Source of the DNA: Patescibacteria group bacterium
Lineage (GTDB): Bacteria; Patescibacteriota; Microgenomatia; UBA8517
DNA length: 64,000 bases
Direction of reading: 5' to 3'
Assembly: GCA_022868165.1 (NCBI GenBank)
Contig: JALHYA010000004.1
Location: 16,457-80,456, forward strand
The notes under the pieces were generated by a model. The model saw only the letters and a program-made list of their open reading frames with translations. It was not told the origin of the DNA and did no database searches. A program made the position numbers and the translations under genes. Shown here in pieces: positions 49,231 through 58,932 of this stretch; the stretch's first letter is position 1, and the number at the start of each line of letters is the position of its first letter.

Positions 49231-49295
49231 CAGACTCCGTCTTCGGCCAGTTCGGTCATCGATAGTGCTGGATAAAGTACTTCGTGCCGTGCACA

Positions 49296-49316
49296 CGATT
49301 CCCTCCCAGGCCTCAG
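49296..49316 (+). repeat. 21-bp duplicate of the tRNA-Cys 3' end
   Basis: cgattccctcccaggcctcag occurs at 49213-49233, covering the T-loop and 3' acceptor strand of the tRNA plus 3 nt beyond its 3' end. It occurs again at 49296-49316. Confidence 0.9.
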
Positions 49317-49335
49317 TTGTCAAGCGCAAACCTCT

Positions 49336-50232
49336 TTGCTACACTTGGAGCTCGTGAGAAAGCTTCTTCCGATTTTAGGGATAATAGTTTTAGTATTGGC
49401 CATTATCGGTTTGGTCTACTTCGTAATTGCCTATACAAAACCAAAGGCGGCAGGAATTTACATAACCTCCAATCCGCCGGCTACAGTTTATATAAACGGC
49501 CAGCAGGTGGGCAAAACTCCCTACGATGCTACCCGAAAACCGGGGGAAATAGTGGTTAAGCTTATCCCTATTTCGACGGGTAAGCCTTTAGCCTCATTTG
49601 AAACCAAAGTAATTTTGAGCCCCGATATCCAAACGGTAATTAGGAGAGATTTCGGAGATTCTGATGATACCTCCGCAGGGGAGGTAACCTCTTTTGTCAG
49701 AGTCGGCGGAAAGGATGCGCAGATTGCAATTATTTCTGTTCCGGACGCCGCAGCCGTCACCATCGATGGCCAAAAGGTTGGATATGCTCCTTATAAAGAC
49801 TCCGCGGTCTCTCCCGGAGATCATCAAATGATTGTTTCCGCAAGCGGGTTTTTTGAAAGAACTTTTTCCGCCAAAGCAATTGCCGGTTATAAATTAACCG
49901 TTGTGGTTAAGTTGGCCCAAAGCTCCGCCAATCAAGTTAGCGAAAAGCCGAAAGAAGTTCCTAAGCCAATGGTGCAAATCTTGGACACACCCACAGGGTT
50001 TTTACGGGTAAGGGTTGCGCCGAAGACCGATTCGGATGAAGTCGGCCAGGTAAAACCGGGGGACACCTTTGTACTGTTAGGTGAGGACAAAGACAGCGGC
50101 TGGTTTCAGATAGAATATCAAAAAGGAAAAAGCGGCTGGATTTCCAATCAATTTGCCAAGAAACTCGAGACAAATCCTTCGGGGAGTCCTACGCCATCGC
50201 CGACTTCTACATCTTCCGCGACCCCGGCCTGA
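49336..50232 (+). CDS. membrane-anchored PEGA-domain / SH3-like domain protein (start uncertain)
   Basis: The PEGA-like segments are IYITSNPPATVYINGQQVGKTPY and IISVPDAAAVTIDGQKVGYAPY. The SH3_3-like segment is GFLRVRVAPKTDSDEVGQVKPGDTFVLL...GWFQIEY. The 49336 start is TTG, and GTG 49354 is an alternative. Confidence 0.6.
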   Translation: MLHLELVRKLLPILGIIVLVLAIIGLVYFVIAYTKPKAAGIYITSNPPATVYINGQQVGKTPYDATRKPGEIVVKLIPISTGKPLASFETKVILSPDIQTVIRRDFGDSDDTSAGEVTSFVRVGGKDAQIAIISVPDAAAVTIDGQKVGYAPYKDSAVSPGDHQMIVSASGFFERTFSAKAIAGYKLTVVVKLAQSSANQVSEKPKEVPKPMVQILDTPTGFLRVRVAPKTDSDEVGQVKPGDTFVLLGEDKDSGWFQIEYQKGKSGWISNQFAKKLETNPSGSPTPSPTSTSSATPA

Positions 50233-50234
50233 AG

Positions 50235-51212
50235 TTAGGCAACGGTTGAAACTCCGCTATATAAAATCCAGATCACAAGTCCTATCCAGATGGCAACCGA
50301 AGCAAGAAGGGGAATGTCTGTTAAGAGAATCTTTTCCGGAGCTTCGGTTCTATCTTCAAAAATCAAGCTTTCATATCTCATTATTCCGAAAATAACCAAG
50401 GGGATTGTAATCATTAACATTTTATTGATAGTTGTGGTTTTTGATATTTCGGCCAAAAAAAGCCAAACGGGCACGGTTGCCTGAGGGGACTCGAAAAAGG
50501 TAAAAAGCGCCCAAGATAGCCAGGCCGCGTTTCCGAACATGGTAACATAGGAATCCAAGAGGCTTTTGGAATATTTGGTAAGACTTTGGCGTGTTGCCCC
50601 AGATGAAGCAGAAATTACCCCAAGCTCGGCCCTTCTTTTTCCTGAAGCCAAAAATAGAGCAACAGAGATTACACACAATAGAAACCAAACCGAAAGATGA
50701 GCATTAATGACAAATGCGCCGGCATAAACCCTTAAAATGAATCCGGCCGCAATGATAAGAATATCTATTATCGCCAAATTCTTAAGAACCAGAGAATAGA
50801 GCGCCTGCATAACTAAATAGCCGATAATCGAAAAGAGAAATAGGGGATTTAGCTTTGCCGCAAGAAAGATGGAAGCCGCAGCGAAGATAAACGCTTCGGC
50901 GAATGCAACCGAAATTGGAAGCTCCCCGGAAGCAATTGGCCTGAATTTTTTATGTGGATGGAGCCTGTCTCTTTTTATATCCCAAACATCATTGAAAATA
51001 TAGGTAGCCGATGTTGCCAAACAGAAAGCTATAAAAGCCAAAACTGTTCTATCTAAAAATATTTTGGTATAGAGGTTCCCGGTAAATATCAGGGCCGCAA
51101 AAAGAGCAAAATTTTTGACCCAATGAAGAGGTCTTGCCACTCGGATAAACGACGGCAAGAAAGAGAGAGTCTCTAGGTTTTCTTTGTAAGATTCGGTCGA
51201 TAAGTTAGCCAC
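50235..51212 (-). CDS. UbiA-family prenyl-phosphate phosphoribosyltransferase (decaprenyl-phosphate phosphoribosyltransferase-like)
   Basis: 325 aa and polytopic. NDVWDIKRDRLHPHKKFRPIASGEL matches the NDxxDxxxDxxHPxKxxRPIAsG signature of DPPR synthases. Confidence 0.7.
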   Translation of the reverse strand: MANLSTESYKENLETLSFLPSFIRVARPLHWVKNFALFAALIFTGNLYTKIFLDRTVLAFIAFCLATSATYIFNDVWDIKRDRLHPHKKFRPIASGELPISVAFAEAFIFAAASIFLAAKLNPLFLFSIIGYLVMQALYSLVLKNLAIIDILIIAAGFILRVYAGAFVINAHLSVWFLLCVISVALFLASGKRRAELGVISASSGATRQSLTKYSKSLLDSYVTMFGNAAWLSWALFTFFESPQATVPVWLFLAEISKTTTINKMLMITIPLVIFGIMRYESLIFEDRTEAPEKILLTDIPLLASVAIWIGLVIWILYSGVSTVA

Positions 51213-52255
51213 AAAATTAAGCCCCCTAAAGCGATTGCGACACCCACAATTGTATAGAACTTGGTCTTTGTATTCAAATTAATTGCCATAAATCCCAACA
51301 GGGCAGTGATTGCCCAGTAAAAAGACGCAACTTTTCTTTTGCTCCAACCCAAATCCAATAGCCTGTGGTGAAGGTGACCGCGGTCGCCCCACACCGGAGA
51401 CCTGCCCCCTATTATGCGTCGCACAATAGTATAGCCGGTGTCAATCAAAGGTACGCCCAAAACTACAATCAAGGTGCCAACTTTGGTTGTTGCCAGAATT
51501 GAAAGAACCGCCAAAAGATATCCGGCCAATGCGGCGCCTCCATAGCTCGGCATTATTTTTTGCGGATAAATGTGCCAAGGTAAAAATCCCAAATAAGCCC
51601 CGGCGGTTATTGCGGCAAGAATTATAACCGGCCATTGAGTGATATCGGCCGAAAACTTTAGGGAAAGAACGGCTATGGTTGCTGCGGCAATCACAACAAC
51701 TCCCGAAAGCTGGCCGTCAACCCCCTTGGCTCCCATATTGAGCATGTTCATCATAAAAACTATCCAAAAAAGAGCGAACAAATCCGACAGCACCCAGATG
51801 CTTTTTGCATCCCCGAAAAGGCTAAAGTGCAGTTGTGGCTGGGAAAGATTAATTATCCCGCCCAAAGGATTTGAAATGAATGCTATTCCGATTCCTGCGG
51901 CAATCGGGAAAAGTGCGGCCACAAAGCCAATGAGTAGCCTGAAATATGGGTTTAGGTCATATTTGTCATCCAGTAGCCCCATGATGATAATTACGGCTCC
52001 CCCGCCCAAAATCGCCAAAATATATTTGTCGTTGGGTAGAAACAGGAAGGAGGCAACGGCTATTGCCGCAAAAATCGCCAAACCTCCGGCTCGCGGCGTA
52101 GGGTGAATATGGATAATCGCGGGGTGCTTATGTTTTTTAGGGTCGTCCATAAGCCCAAATTTTTTAGCAAACCTGATTACCAGGGGTGTTGCAGCAAAGG
52201 CGATAAGTGCGGAAACTAAAGCCGGCAGAAGAGCCAGATTAAATATGCTATTCAT
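51173..52255 (-). CDS. glycosyltransferase family 4 (MraY/WecA-like polyprenyl-phosphate sugar-1-phosphate transferase)
   Basis: 360 aa and polytopic, with GLLDDKYDL, MNMLNMGAKGVDGQ and DRGHLHHRLLDLG. Confidence 0.7.
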   Translation of the reverse strand: MNSIFNLALLPALVSALIAFAATPLVIRFAKKFGLMDDPKKHKHPAIIHIHPTPRAGGLAIFAAIAVASFLFLPNDKYILAILGGGAVIIIMGLLDDKYDLNPYFRLLIGFVAALFPIAAGIGIAFISNPLGGIINLSQPQLHFSLFGDAKSIWVLSDLFALFWIVFMMNMLNMGAKGVDGQLSGVVVIAAATIAVLSLKFSADITQWPVIILAAITAGAYLGFLPWHIYPQKIMPSYGGAALAGYLLAVLSILATTKVGTLIVVLGVPLIDTGYTIVRRIIGGRSPVWGDRGHLHHRLLDLGWSKRKVASFYWAITALLGFMAINLNTKTKFYTIVGVAIALGGLILWLTYRPNLTKKT

Positions 52256-52406
52256 AGCAGTTTCAAGGATACCACGAATTTTATTCGTGGAGGAATTGAA
52301 CCTGATATATCATACTTCGATGGTACTCAGTATGATACTGAGCTTGCCGAAGTATCATCCTTCCCTCAAGGGAAACCGCAAACTTTAGTTTGCTTAAGGA
52401 TGTTAT
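52256..52406 (-). repeat. promoter-proximal structured repeat, degenerate copy d (upstream of the GT4 gene)
   Basis: The minus strand reads acatcctt-N33-aaggatgata, then a 52-nt insert, then ggttcaattcct-ccacgaataaaattcgtgg-tatccttgaaactgctATG. It has the same order of stems as copies a-c. Confidence 0.5.
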
Positions 52407-52410
52407 AAAG

Positions 52411-52812
52411 TTAAAAACTTCCTACCAAGAAAATTATCTTGATAGTTGTAATCACCGTAAAAAAAGTAACGCCGATGCTTGTTAAAATCAGTGCCTTTTT
52501 GAGGAATTCATCTTCCATCAAAAAACATGCCATAACATTGATAATCAGGATTCCTAAAGATACCAAACTTGGTAAGATTAGCCCCAATGCCGGGGCGAGC
52601 TGTGCTTCTCCTTCGGGAAGACTGTAATAAAGAGGTACCTGAGGAGGCAGTCTTTTAAGAAGAAGGACAACGGCCAAAATAGTGGCCAAGCTTGCGAAAA
52701 GCGAAAAATAGGCATAGTTCCTAAAAGGAATTAGGTCCGTGTCGAACCGGACATTTGTGGACAGTTTGGCAGGCCAAAATTTTCTTTTTGGGCCCTTCTT
52801 GGAGTTAGTCAT
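52411..52812 (-). CDS. small polytopic membrane protein
   Basis: 133 aa with 3-4 hydrophobic helices. It overlaps the upstream GT-C gene by 4 nt. Confidence 0.6.
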   Translation of the reverse strand: MTNSKKGPKRKFWPAKLSTNVRFDTDLIPFRNYAYFSLFASLATILAVVLLLKRLPPQVPLYYSLPEGEAQLAPALGLILPSLVSLGILIINVMACFLMEDEFLKKALILTSIGVTFFTVITTIKIIFLVGSF

Positions 52813-54287
52813 TTAGCTTTAGTCCTAATGAACCTCCAGACTTCAGCGCCCTCAACGCTGGCAATCCGGATATAAGAGGTTCTGATAAGCGGAGTCAGTT
52901 CCGTAAAGGCTTGTGCATCCGGAAGAAGAACTATAAATGTCGGCTTATTTTTCTCAAACTGCTTCTCAACATCGGCTTTGGAGGAAAAGTCGTTTATATG
53001 ATAGCCTGCAACATATTTTATCGGAGGAAACTTCCGGGAAAGCGCATAAATTGACGGACTGTCTCCCCAAACAAACACGGTTTCTCCCGGCATCATGGAT
53101 TTAACCAGAAAATCCGCAATTTTATAATCTCTGGGTACGGAGGCTCCGAAAGAAGCAAGATATGTCTGCTTGTCCATTTTCATAGAAGCAAAGCTCGCAA
53201 ACCTTTGGTAGTAAGTAGCTGTCGGGTAATACCAGAATTTGTAGTAAACGGGGACCAGAAAGAAAATAGCCAAAGGCAAAATCACCAAAGATTGTTCCAG
53301 TGTTTTGTCGGCAACAAGCACTCCAAACAAAAGTGCGGTTGGCGCCAACGATTGAATCAGATAATGAGGATAAGGTCGTTCCGAAAGCGTTACGGCAAAA
53401 AGAGAGAACAGAAGCCACAGACAAAGGAAAATAAATTGTTTGGAGAATTTTGCGCGTTTCCAATAAAGAAGCCCCGCGCCAATCAAAACGACAAAGCCCC
53501 TTATAAATAGGGGCAAATTTTTAAGTAGAGACTTGCCCTGGGTCCCTACCCTCCAGCTCGAAAGATAACCAAGGTTTTGCAAAAAGGCCGCGGTGAAGTA
53601 GTCTTTTAAACTTCCCTTAAAGGCAAACCAAAGAAAGGTTAAACCGATCGGAACAATAAAGCCCAAGACCAGCGGCCAGGTTTTCTTTGCAACAGCCTTT
53701 ATTCCATTTATATTTATGCCGTCTTTGATTAGCCACAAAAAGACTATCGCAGGGACATCAAAGGCAGCAGGAATTTTAAAAAGTGTCGCAATCGAAAAAA
53801 GCACCCCCGCCCAAAATATATTTTTGAATGTTTCGGGTTTGGAAAAAAGAATAAGAAAAGCCGCAATAATAGGCCCAATCATAAATATCTCGGCGTTTGC
53901 GATATTTCCTTCAAAAAGGGGAATTGTGGTTATTAAGGCAAAAATTGCGGTCGCTACTTTATGAAGCTTTTCTTTCCCGGGGAAAAGGGTTTTGGAAAGA
54001 TGCCAGAAAAGGACTATTGTACCCAGGCTCCAGAAGGCCAAAATCACCTTAAACCAAAACAAGCTTCCGGCAACGGCTGCGGTGATATAAAGAAGCGGAG
54101 GCTTGTTGTCGTAAATCCCGCTATATAGGGTAATCCCCTGTCTTATTCCGTTGCCCAAAGTTAAGTAAACCATCTCGTCGCCGTAGGAATAAGGCTCAAA
54201 GAAAGATGGAATCCTAAGAATTAAGACGATACCCAGAAGAATTGTCAACCAATTTGGTGTGTGAATTTTGTTCAAAATTTTTTTCAT
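52809..54287 (-). CDS. GT-C-fold membrane glycosyltransferase (ArnT/PMT-like)
   Basis: 492 aa and polytopic. The N-terminal loop YSYGDEMVYLTLG...IYDNKPPLLY resembles the DE...PPL(Y/F) pattern of GT39/GT83 enzymes. Confidence 0.55.
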   Translation of the reverse strand: MKKILNKIHTPNWLTILLGIVLILRIPSFFEPYSYGDEMVYLTLGNGIRQGITLYSGIYDNKPPLLYITAAVAGSLFWFKVILAFWSLGTIVLFWHLSKTLFPGKEKLHKVATAIFALITTIPLFEGNIANAEIFMIGPIIAAFLILFSKPETFKNIFWAGVLFSIATLFKIPAAFDVPAIVFLWLIKDGININGIKAVAKKTWPLVLGFIVPIGLTFLWFAFKGSLKDYFTAAFLQNLGYLSSWRVGTQGKSLLKNLPLFIRGFVVLIGAGLLYWKRAKFSKQFIFLCLWLLFSLFAVTLSERPYPHYLIQSLAPTALLFGVLVADKTLEQSLVILPLAIFFLVPVYYKFWYYPTATYYQRFASFASMKMDKQTYLASFGASVPRDYKIADFLVKSMMPGETVFVWGDSPSIYALSRKFPPIKYVAGYHINDFSSKADVEKQFEKNKPTFIVLLPDAQAFTELTPLIRTSYIRIASVEGAEVWRFIRTKAK

Positions 54288-55594
54288 ATTTTGTCAAACC
54301 AGACAAATTTTAAGTCCGAAAAAGTCTTTGCTTCACCTCTAGTATAGCCAGGTAGAGATGTCTCATCAATGCTCCCGCTCGTTATTACTCCTACTCTGGC
54401 CACCGTATGCGAATCCACCTTTTTTGGAATGGACGAAACAACATCGTCTTTTGTCATAAGCGCAGTGCCGACAAAAAACGGCAATGTTCCTCCGGGATTA
54501 TATAAGGGAGCGTTGAGGCCGTAGTATTTTGATTCCCACAAATGGTGCGAGGCGGAGTTCCAATTGATAAGATAGTCGTCTCCTTTTTGGACTTCGCGGG
54601 CGTAAGATGCCAAATCTCTAAACGGCAATTTGGTGGGATGGGTGAAATAAAAAGCGTCCATAATCACAAAAAAGATGACTAAGGGAGTTAAAAAGATATA
54701 CGAATATCTTCTTATGTTTGAGCCCAATAGAAGCATTGCCGCCGGAATTGTATAAAGTAAGTATCTATCGAAAAAGATAGATTGAAACTTTTGGGAAACA
54801 ATCCAGGTCAAGACAATAGGGACAAAAAACCAGGACAACAGAACAAGCGATTTTTCTTTGTCCGCGAGCCATCTTCGCAGGATAAGGATGGCAAAAGTCA
54901 GGTAAAGAGCAGGCTGGGCAAGCCTGTGCTTGATTCCCTCGGCCAAATAGTTGTAAATCAGATTTCTTAGGTCGACGAGTGTCGGTCTTCCCAACCAGAA
55001 ACCTCCGCCAACCATTTTGGTTTGCCCGTAAAGCGGGAGAATCCAGGGGGAATACAAAACTGCTACTAACGCGAAAGATTTGAGAATCGAATATGCAACC
55101 TTTCTTTTACCGAAGAAAAACTCTTTAAGGAACCAAAGGCCATGGGTAAATACGGCAAAAATTGCGAAGTGGTGCGTATATAAAGCTAGAGTCGTTGCTA
55201 CGACATACCACTTCCATTTTTTAGAAAGGAAAAAGTAAAAAGAGGCGGTAACGGTTGCCGCAAGCAGAGAATACATCCTTCCCTCGAAAGCGTAGGTGAA
55301 GAAAAACGGATTTAATAAAGTTAAAATGGCGGCCATAAATCCTGTTTTTTTGTCCCAAAGGTATTTGCCGATTAGATAAACAAAAAAGACGGCTATCAGA
55401 AAATAAAGCGAAGAAAGTGTTCTTATTGCGACCTCGGAATTCCCGAAGAGCTTAAACCAAAAATGTTCGGTTAGATTGTATAGGGGCGGAGAGGTGTCGT
55501 GAATTATGATTGAAATAATTTGGGGCACGCTCTTTTGAGATAAAACGGCCGAGAATGCCTCGTCTCCCCAAATACTGACGGTAAATTGGTTCAC
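54284..55594 (-). CDS. GT-C-fold membrane glycosyltransferase (ArnT/PMT-like), paralog
   Basis: 436 aa and polytopic, with WGDEAFSAVLSQ...HDTSPPLYNLTEHFWFKLFG. Confidence 0.55.
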   Translation of the reverse strand: MNQFTVSIWGDEAFSAVLSQKSVPQIISIIIHDTSPPLYNLTEHFWFKLFGNSEVAIRTLSSLYFLIAVFFVYLIGKYLWDKKTGFMAAILTLLNPFFFTYAFEGRMYSLLAATVTASFYFFLSKKWKWYVVATTLALYTHHFAIFAVFTHGLWFLKEFFFGKRKVAYSILKSFALVAVLYSPWILPLYGQTKMVGGGFWLGRPTLVDLRNLIYNYLAEGIKHRLAQPALYLTFAILILRRWLADKEKSLVLLSWFFVPIVLTWIVSQKFQSIFFDRYLLYTIPAAMLLLGSNIRRYSYIFLTPLVIFFVIMDAFYFTHPTKLPFRDLASYAREVQKGDDYLINWNSASHHLWESKYYGLNAPLYNPGGTLPFFVGTALMTKDDVVSSIPKKVDSHTVARVGVITSGSIDETSLPGYTRGEAKTFSDLKFVWFDKI

Positions 55595-55600
55595 AATTTA

Positions 55601-57091
55601 CTATACCTTTTCTGTTACCTTGTACTCAAGATACTTTCCCAGCATAAGCCGGGTGTGGGCGTCAAGCCCCGGAAGGGCTGAAAAGAAAAATCCGGCAATA
55701 GGCATTAGGACGAACTCCAAGGGAGTCAAAAGAGCTTTCCATAAAGGAACTTCTTTGGGCCTTTTTGGTCTATAGATGTTATCAATGATTATCATGATTA
55801 CAAGGAATATGAGGGCAAGAGACAGGACAAACGAGGAAAGTCTTGGAATCGTATAGCCAAGAGCTGTTCTTCTAAAAGCCGGGTTTAAAAGAGACGGAAG
55901 GGTTAACCCTATGGTGATGATGAACCAGTTAACTGGCCAGAGAAAGTGCGACCAGAGGACATAAATAAGCCTCATTGTCTTATCCCAAAAAGGAACACCG
56001 GGAGTAAGAAGATAATTTTTAATAATCCAGGGGTCATCGGATACCCCCCAAGACCAGCGTTTATATTGTTCATATTGGTTTTTAAGAGTTTTCCAAAAAG
56101 ATGTTGATTGTGCAGCATCAGCATGCAGGGGAAGATAAATCGGTTCAACCTCCACATCGCCCCGTTTTTTGTAGTAAGCTTTAAAAAATATTCCCCAGTC
56201 TTCAGGAATTTTATCCGGGTCCCAGTAGCCTACTTCATCCAGAAGTTTGAAAGAAAGGGAATAATTTTGTTGATTGATGAGCCTGTCCTTTCTGGGGAGT
56301 TGAGAAAGATTCCAAATGGTAGAGAAAGTATTGGGAACTCTGGTGATTGCCGGAAGTTCCCAGATGTTATTGTAAAACATTACCGCCGGTTGCCAGAAAT
56401 AGTTATAGCGCTTGGGGTTATCCAGAAATCTGAAAGTAAGAACGGCAAAATGCTGCGGGTGATATTTATGGTCGGCATCGCAACTGGTGACGGTAATATA
56501 GTTAATATCCATTTTTTCCTTATCGATAAGTTCCTTTTTAACCCAAACGGCGGCGAAACGCTCATTAGAGGCTTTCCCTACGACCTCTCCGGGGATAAGC
56601 TCATGAACAGTTACGAAAAAATTAGCAAAAACATTTTTAAACTTAGACTGGAGCTCCTGGACTTTTTTGGCTCTATCTTCTTCCGGTTCTTTTTTCTCCA
56701 TTGCCAAAACAAGGGTTATTTGCTTTCTAGGCAGGGTTTGGGCGGCAAGGGAGGCGAAGGTGCGCTCAAGAATGTGAATAGGCTCTTTATAAGTGGGGAT
56801 TATTATTATGTGATGGACTTTTTGCCAATCAGGGAAAGCTTTTATATCTTTCATCCAATCGTATTGCATCGATGCCTGAATTCTTAAGTGCGAGATAATC
56901 GCGGCCAAGGCAATTTGGAAGGATTGGTAAAACCAGTAGATGTTGAATAGAAGTACGAAGTATGCAACCGCCGAGGGCATAACGAAAATTCCCCAGTAAG
57001 GAAAAAGAATTAAATTCCAAGAGGTAAACCCTGGAAGTATTTCCAGAAAACGGCGAACGAGCCTATCGTGCTTAATAATAAAATCGCGCAT
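55601..57091 (-). CDS. membrane-embedded family-2 glycosyltransferase (processive, cellulose/chitin-synthase-like)
   Basis: Contains IIIPTYKEPIHILERTFASLAAQ, TSCDADH (DxD) and EQYKRWSWG (QxxRW). I moved the start to ATG 57091, because the ORF-track extension to 57337 overlaps metG. Confidence 0.7.
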   Translation of the reverse strand: MRDFIIKHDRLVRRFLEILPGFTSWNLILFPYWGIFVMPSAVAYFVLLFNIYWFYQSFQIALAAIISHLRIQASMQYDWMKDIKAFPDWQKVHHIIIIPTYKEPIHILERTFASLAAQTLPRKQITLVLAMEKKEPEEDRAKKVQELQSKFKNVFANFFVTVHELIPGEVVGKASNERFAAVWVKKELIDKEKMDINYITVTSCDADHKYHPQHFAVLTFRFLDNPKRYNYFWQPAVMFYNNIWELPAITRVPNTFSTIWNLSQLPRKDRLINQQNYSLSFKLLDEVGYWDPDKIPEDWGIFFKAYYKKRGDVEVEPIYLPLHADAAQSTSFWKTLKNQYEQYKRWSWGVSDDPWIIKNYLLTPGVPFWDKTMRLIYVLWSHFLWPVNWFIITIGLTLPSLLNPAFRRTALGYTIPRLSSFVLSLALIFLVIMIIIDNIYRPKRPKEVPLWKALLTPLEFVLMPIAGFFFSALPGLDAHTRLMLGKYLEYKVTEKV

Positions 57092-57092
57092 T

Positions 57093-58523
57093 TTATTTGA
57101 TGCGGGGAAAAAGCGGCGCTTCGGATTTAATTTTCGGTCCGGCAAACTGCTTTTCGATTTTCTCGGCTGTTTGGGGCAAGAAAGACACAAGACAATCAGC
57201 AATAGAACGGATAGCAGAAACCGCGGATTCCAAAGTTTTTTTGAGGTTCTCTCCGGTTTGCTCCCACGGCTTTTGGTCGTTGATATATTTATCGAGTTCG
57301 GAAACTTTTTTCCAAATAGATTCCAATGCCCCATCAAACCTAAATTCTTGCATATGTTTTTCTACGTCTTTATTTAGACTTCGATGAATCGATTCATCGA
57401 AGCGGAAGTCGTCTTTCTCACATAACTTTGCGACTCTGGCAACCAAATTTCCAATGCCATTTGCCAAGTCGGCATTGTAGGTTTCTTTTAATTTTTCCTC
57501 CGAGAAATCGCCATCGGCAAACGGAGAAACTTTTGCCAAAAGATAGTAGCGCAGGGCATCGACACCGTATTTTTCGATAATTCCGAATGGGTCGATTACA
57601 TTACCTAAAGTTTTCGAGATTTTCTGGCCGTTAACCGTCAAATAACCGTGTACAAATAGAGCTTTGGGAAGCTTCAGCTTTGCCGAAAGAAGAAATGCCG
57701 GCCAGTAAATTGCATGGAAGCGTGTAATGCCTTTCCCGATAACATGAACGTCTGCGGGCCAGTATTTGTTATATTTTTCTTCGTCCCAGCCGAAGCCGAT
57801 TCCGGATTGATAAATGTTCAGTGCATCAAACCAAACATAAATTTTTTGGTTTGGGTCACCCGGAACAGGAACACCCCAATTTTTTGCACGGTCGTTTGTT
57901 CGGGAAATGCTGATATCCTGCAAAGGCTCTTTCAGAAAAGCCAAGACTTCGTTTTTCCTGGTTTCGGGAACAATTTTTAATTCATCCGATTCGACGAGTT
58001 TTATTAATTGGTCTTGATATTTTGATAGTTTGAAGAAGTAGTTTTCCTCCGCTACCTTCTCGAGTTTTTTGCCCGGGTGCTCGAAACATTCCCCGTTTTC
58101 GTCAAGTTCATCGGGTGTATAAAATGCCTCGCAGCCGACGCAGTAAAGTCCCTCATAAGTTTTTTTGTAAATATCCTTCTCGCATAATTTCCAAAGTTTT
58201 TGTACAGAGGAATAATGATGGGTTTTGTCGCTGCCTTTTTGCCAAACTCCGAATTCGGCATTCATGGCAATGGCAAGCTTGCGGAAGGCCTCGGTGTTTC
58301 TGTCGACAAATTCCTGAATAGGAACTCCTTCTTCCTCGGCTGCCTGGACATTTTTGACCGCATTTTCATCTCCTCCGGAAAGCGAAAGAGTATCCTTGCC
58401 CAAAAGCTTATGGTATCGGGCTATTGTGTCCGTTTGTACGAACTCCAAAGCGTGCCCGATATGAGGCTTAGCGTTAACATATGGAATGGCAGCAGTGATA
58501 TAAAATTTCTTGGCCATAGGCAT
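57093..58523 (-). CDS. metG: methionine--tRNA ligase
   Basis: 476 aa with the HIGH region IPYVNAKPHIGHA and the KMSKS variant KISKTLGN. Confidence 0.85.
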   Translation of the reverse strand: MPMAKKFYITAAIPYVNAKPHIGHALEFVQTDTIARYHKLLGKDTLSLSGGDENAVKNVQAAEEEGVPIQEFVDRNTEAFRKLAIAMNAEFGVWQKGSDKTHHYSSVQKLWKLCEKDIYKKTYEGLYCVGCEAFYTPDELDENGECFEHPGKKLEKVAEENYFFKLSKYQDQLIKLVESDELKIVPETRKNEVLAFLKEPLQDISISRTNDRAKNWGVPVPGDPNQKIYVWFDALNIYQSGIGFGWDEEKYNKYWPADVHVIGKGITRFHAIYWPAFLLSAKLKLPKALFVHGYLTVNGQKISKTLGNVIDPFGIIEKYGVDALRYYLLAKVSPFADGDFSEEKLKETYNADLANGIGNLVARVAKLCEKDDFRFDESIHRSLNKDVEKHMQEFRFDGALESIWKKVSELDKYINDQKPWEQTGENLKKTLESAVSAIRSIADCLVSFLPQTAEKIEKQFAGPKIKSEAPLFPRIK

Positions 58524-58549
58524 ATTTTACCTTCTAAAGGGGATTCTAG

Positions 58550-58903
58550 CTACTTGCGGACGAACTTGCGGATTTTTTCGGCCCATTGATTCGCCCATTC
58601 TTCGGCCTCGATTTTTTTGATTGCGGAGGCAAATCCCGGCTTTTTCATCTGCTTTTCAACGGTAGCAATTGTGGCGGAAGAGACTTTTAAATTCTCTCTT
58701 ATATTGGAATAGCTTCTTTTCTTTTTTAACCAATAGGCGATAGATAGGCGTTTGGCAAAAGTTTCTAGCTCGCTGTCGTTAAAAAAATCGGAAAGAAACA
58801 AATAAAGCTCGTCGAGGTTTTTGAAATCCAAAATAGTTTGGGCAAAGGTTTTTTCTATTTGATTTTTAAGAGACGGATTTAGTTTTCTGTTTGAAATGCG
58901 CAT
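58550..58903 (-). CDS. TrpR-like (YerC/YecD family) DNA-binding protein
   Basis: 117 aa. ELETFAKRLSIAYWLKKKRSYSNIRENLKVSSATIATV fits the Trp-repressor-like HTH. Confidence 0.6.
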   Translation of the reverse strand: MRISNRKLNPSLKNQIEKTFAQTILDFKNLDELYLFLSDFFNDSELETFAKRLSIAYWLKKKRSYSNIRENLKVSSATIATVEKQMKKPGFASAIKKIEAEEWANQWAEKIRKFVRK

Positions 58904-58932
58904 CGCTTCGTTCGATTAAACCGCAGTATAGC

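Noticed and set aside
56108-56887. A 259-aa plus-strand ORF opposite the GT2 gene.
   Set aside because: The minus-strand gene carries the DxD and QxxRW motifs. The plus-strand product has no motif and lies wholly within that gene.
57092-57337. The 5' extension of the GT2 gene overlapping the 3' end of metG.
   Set aside because: ATG 57091 starts 1 nt after the metG stop and yields a normal GT2 N-terminus. The 82-aa extension would lie inside metG coding sequence.
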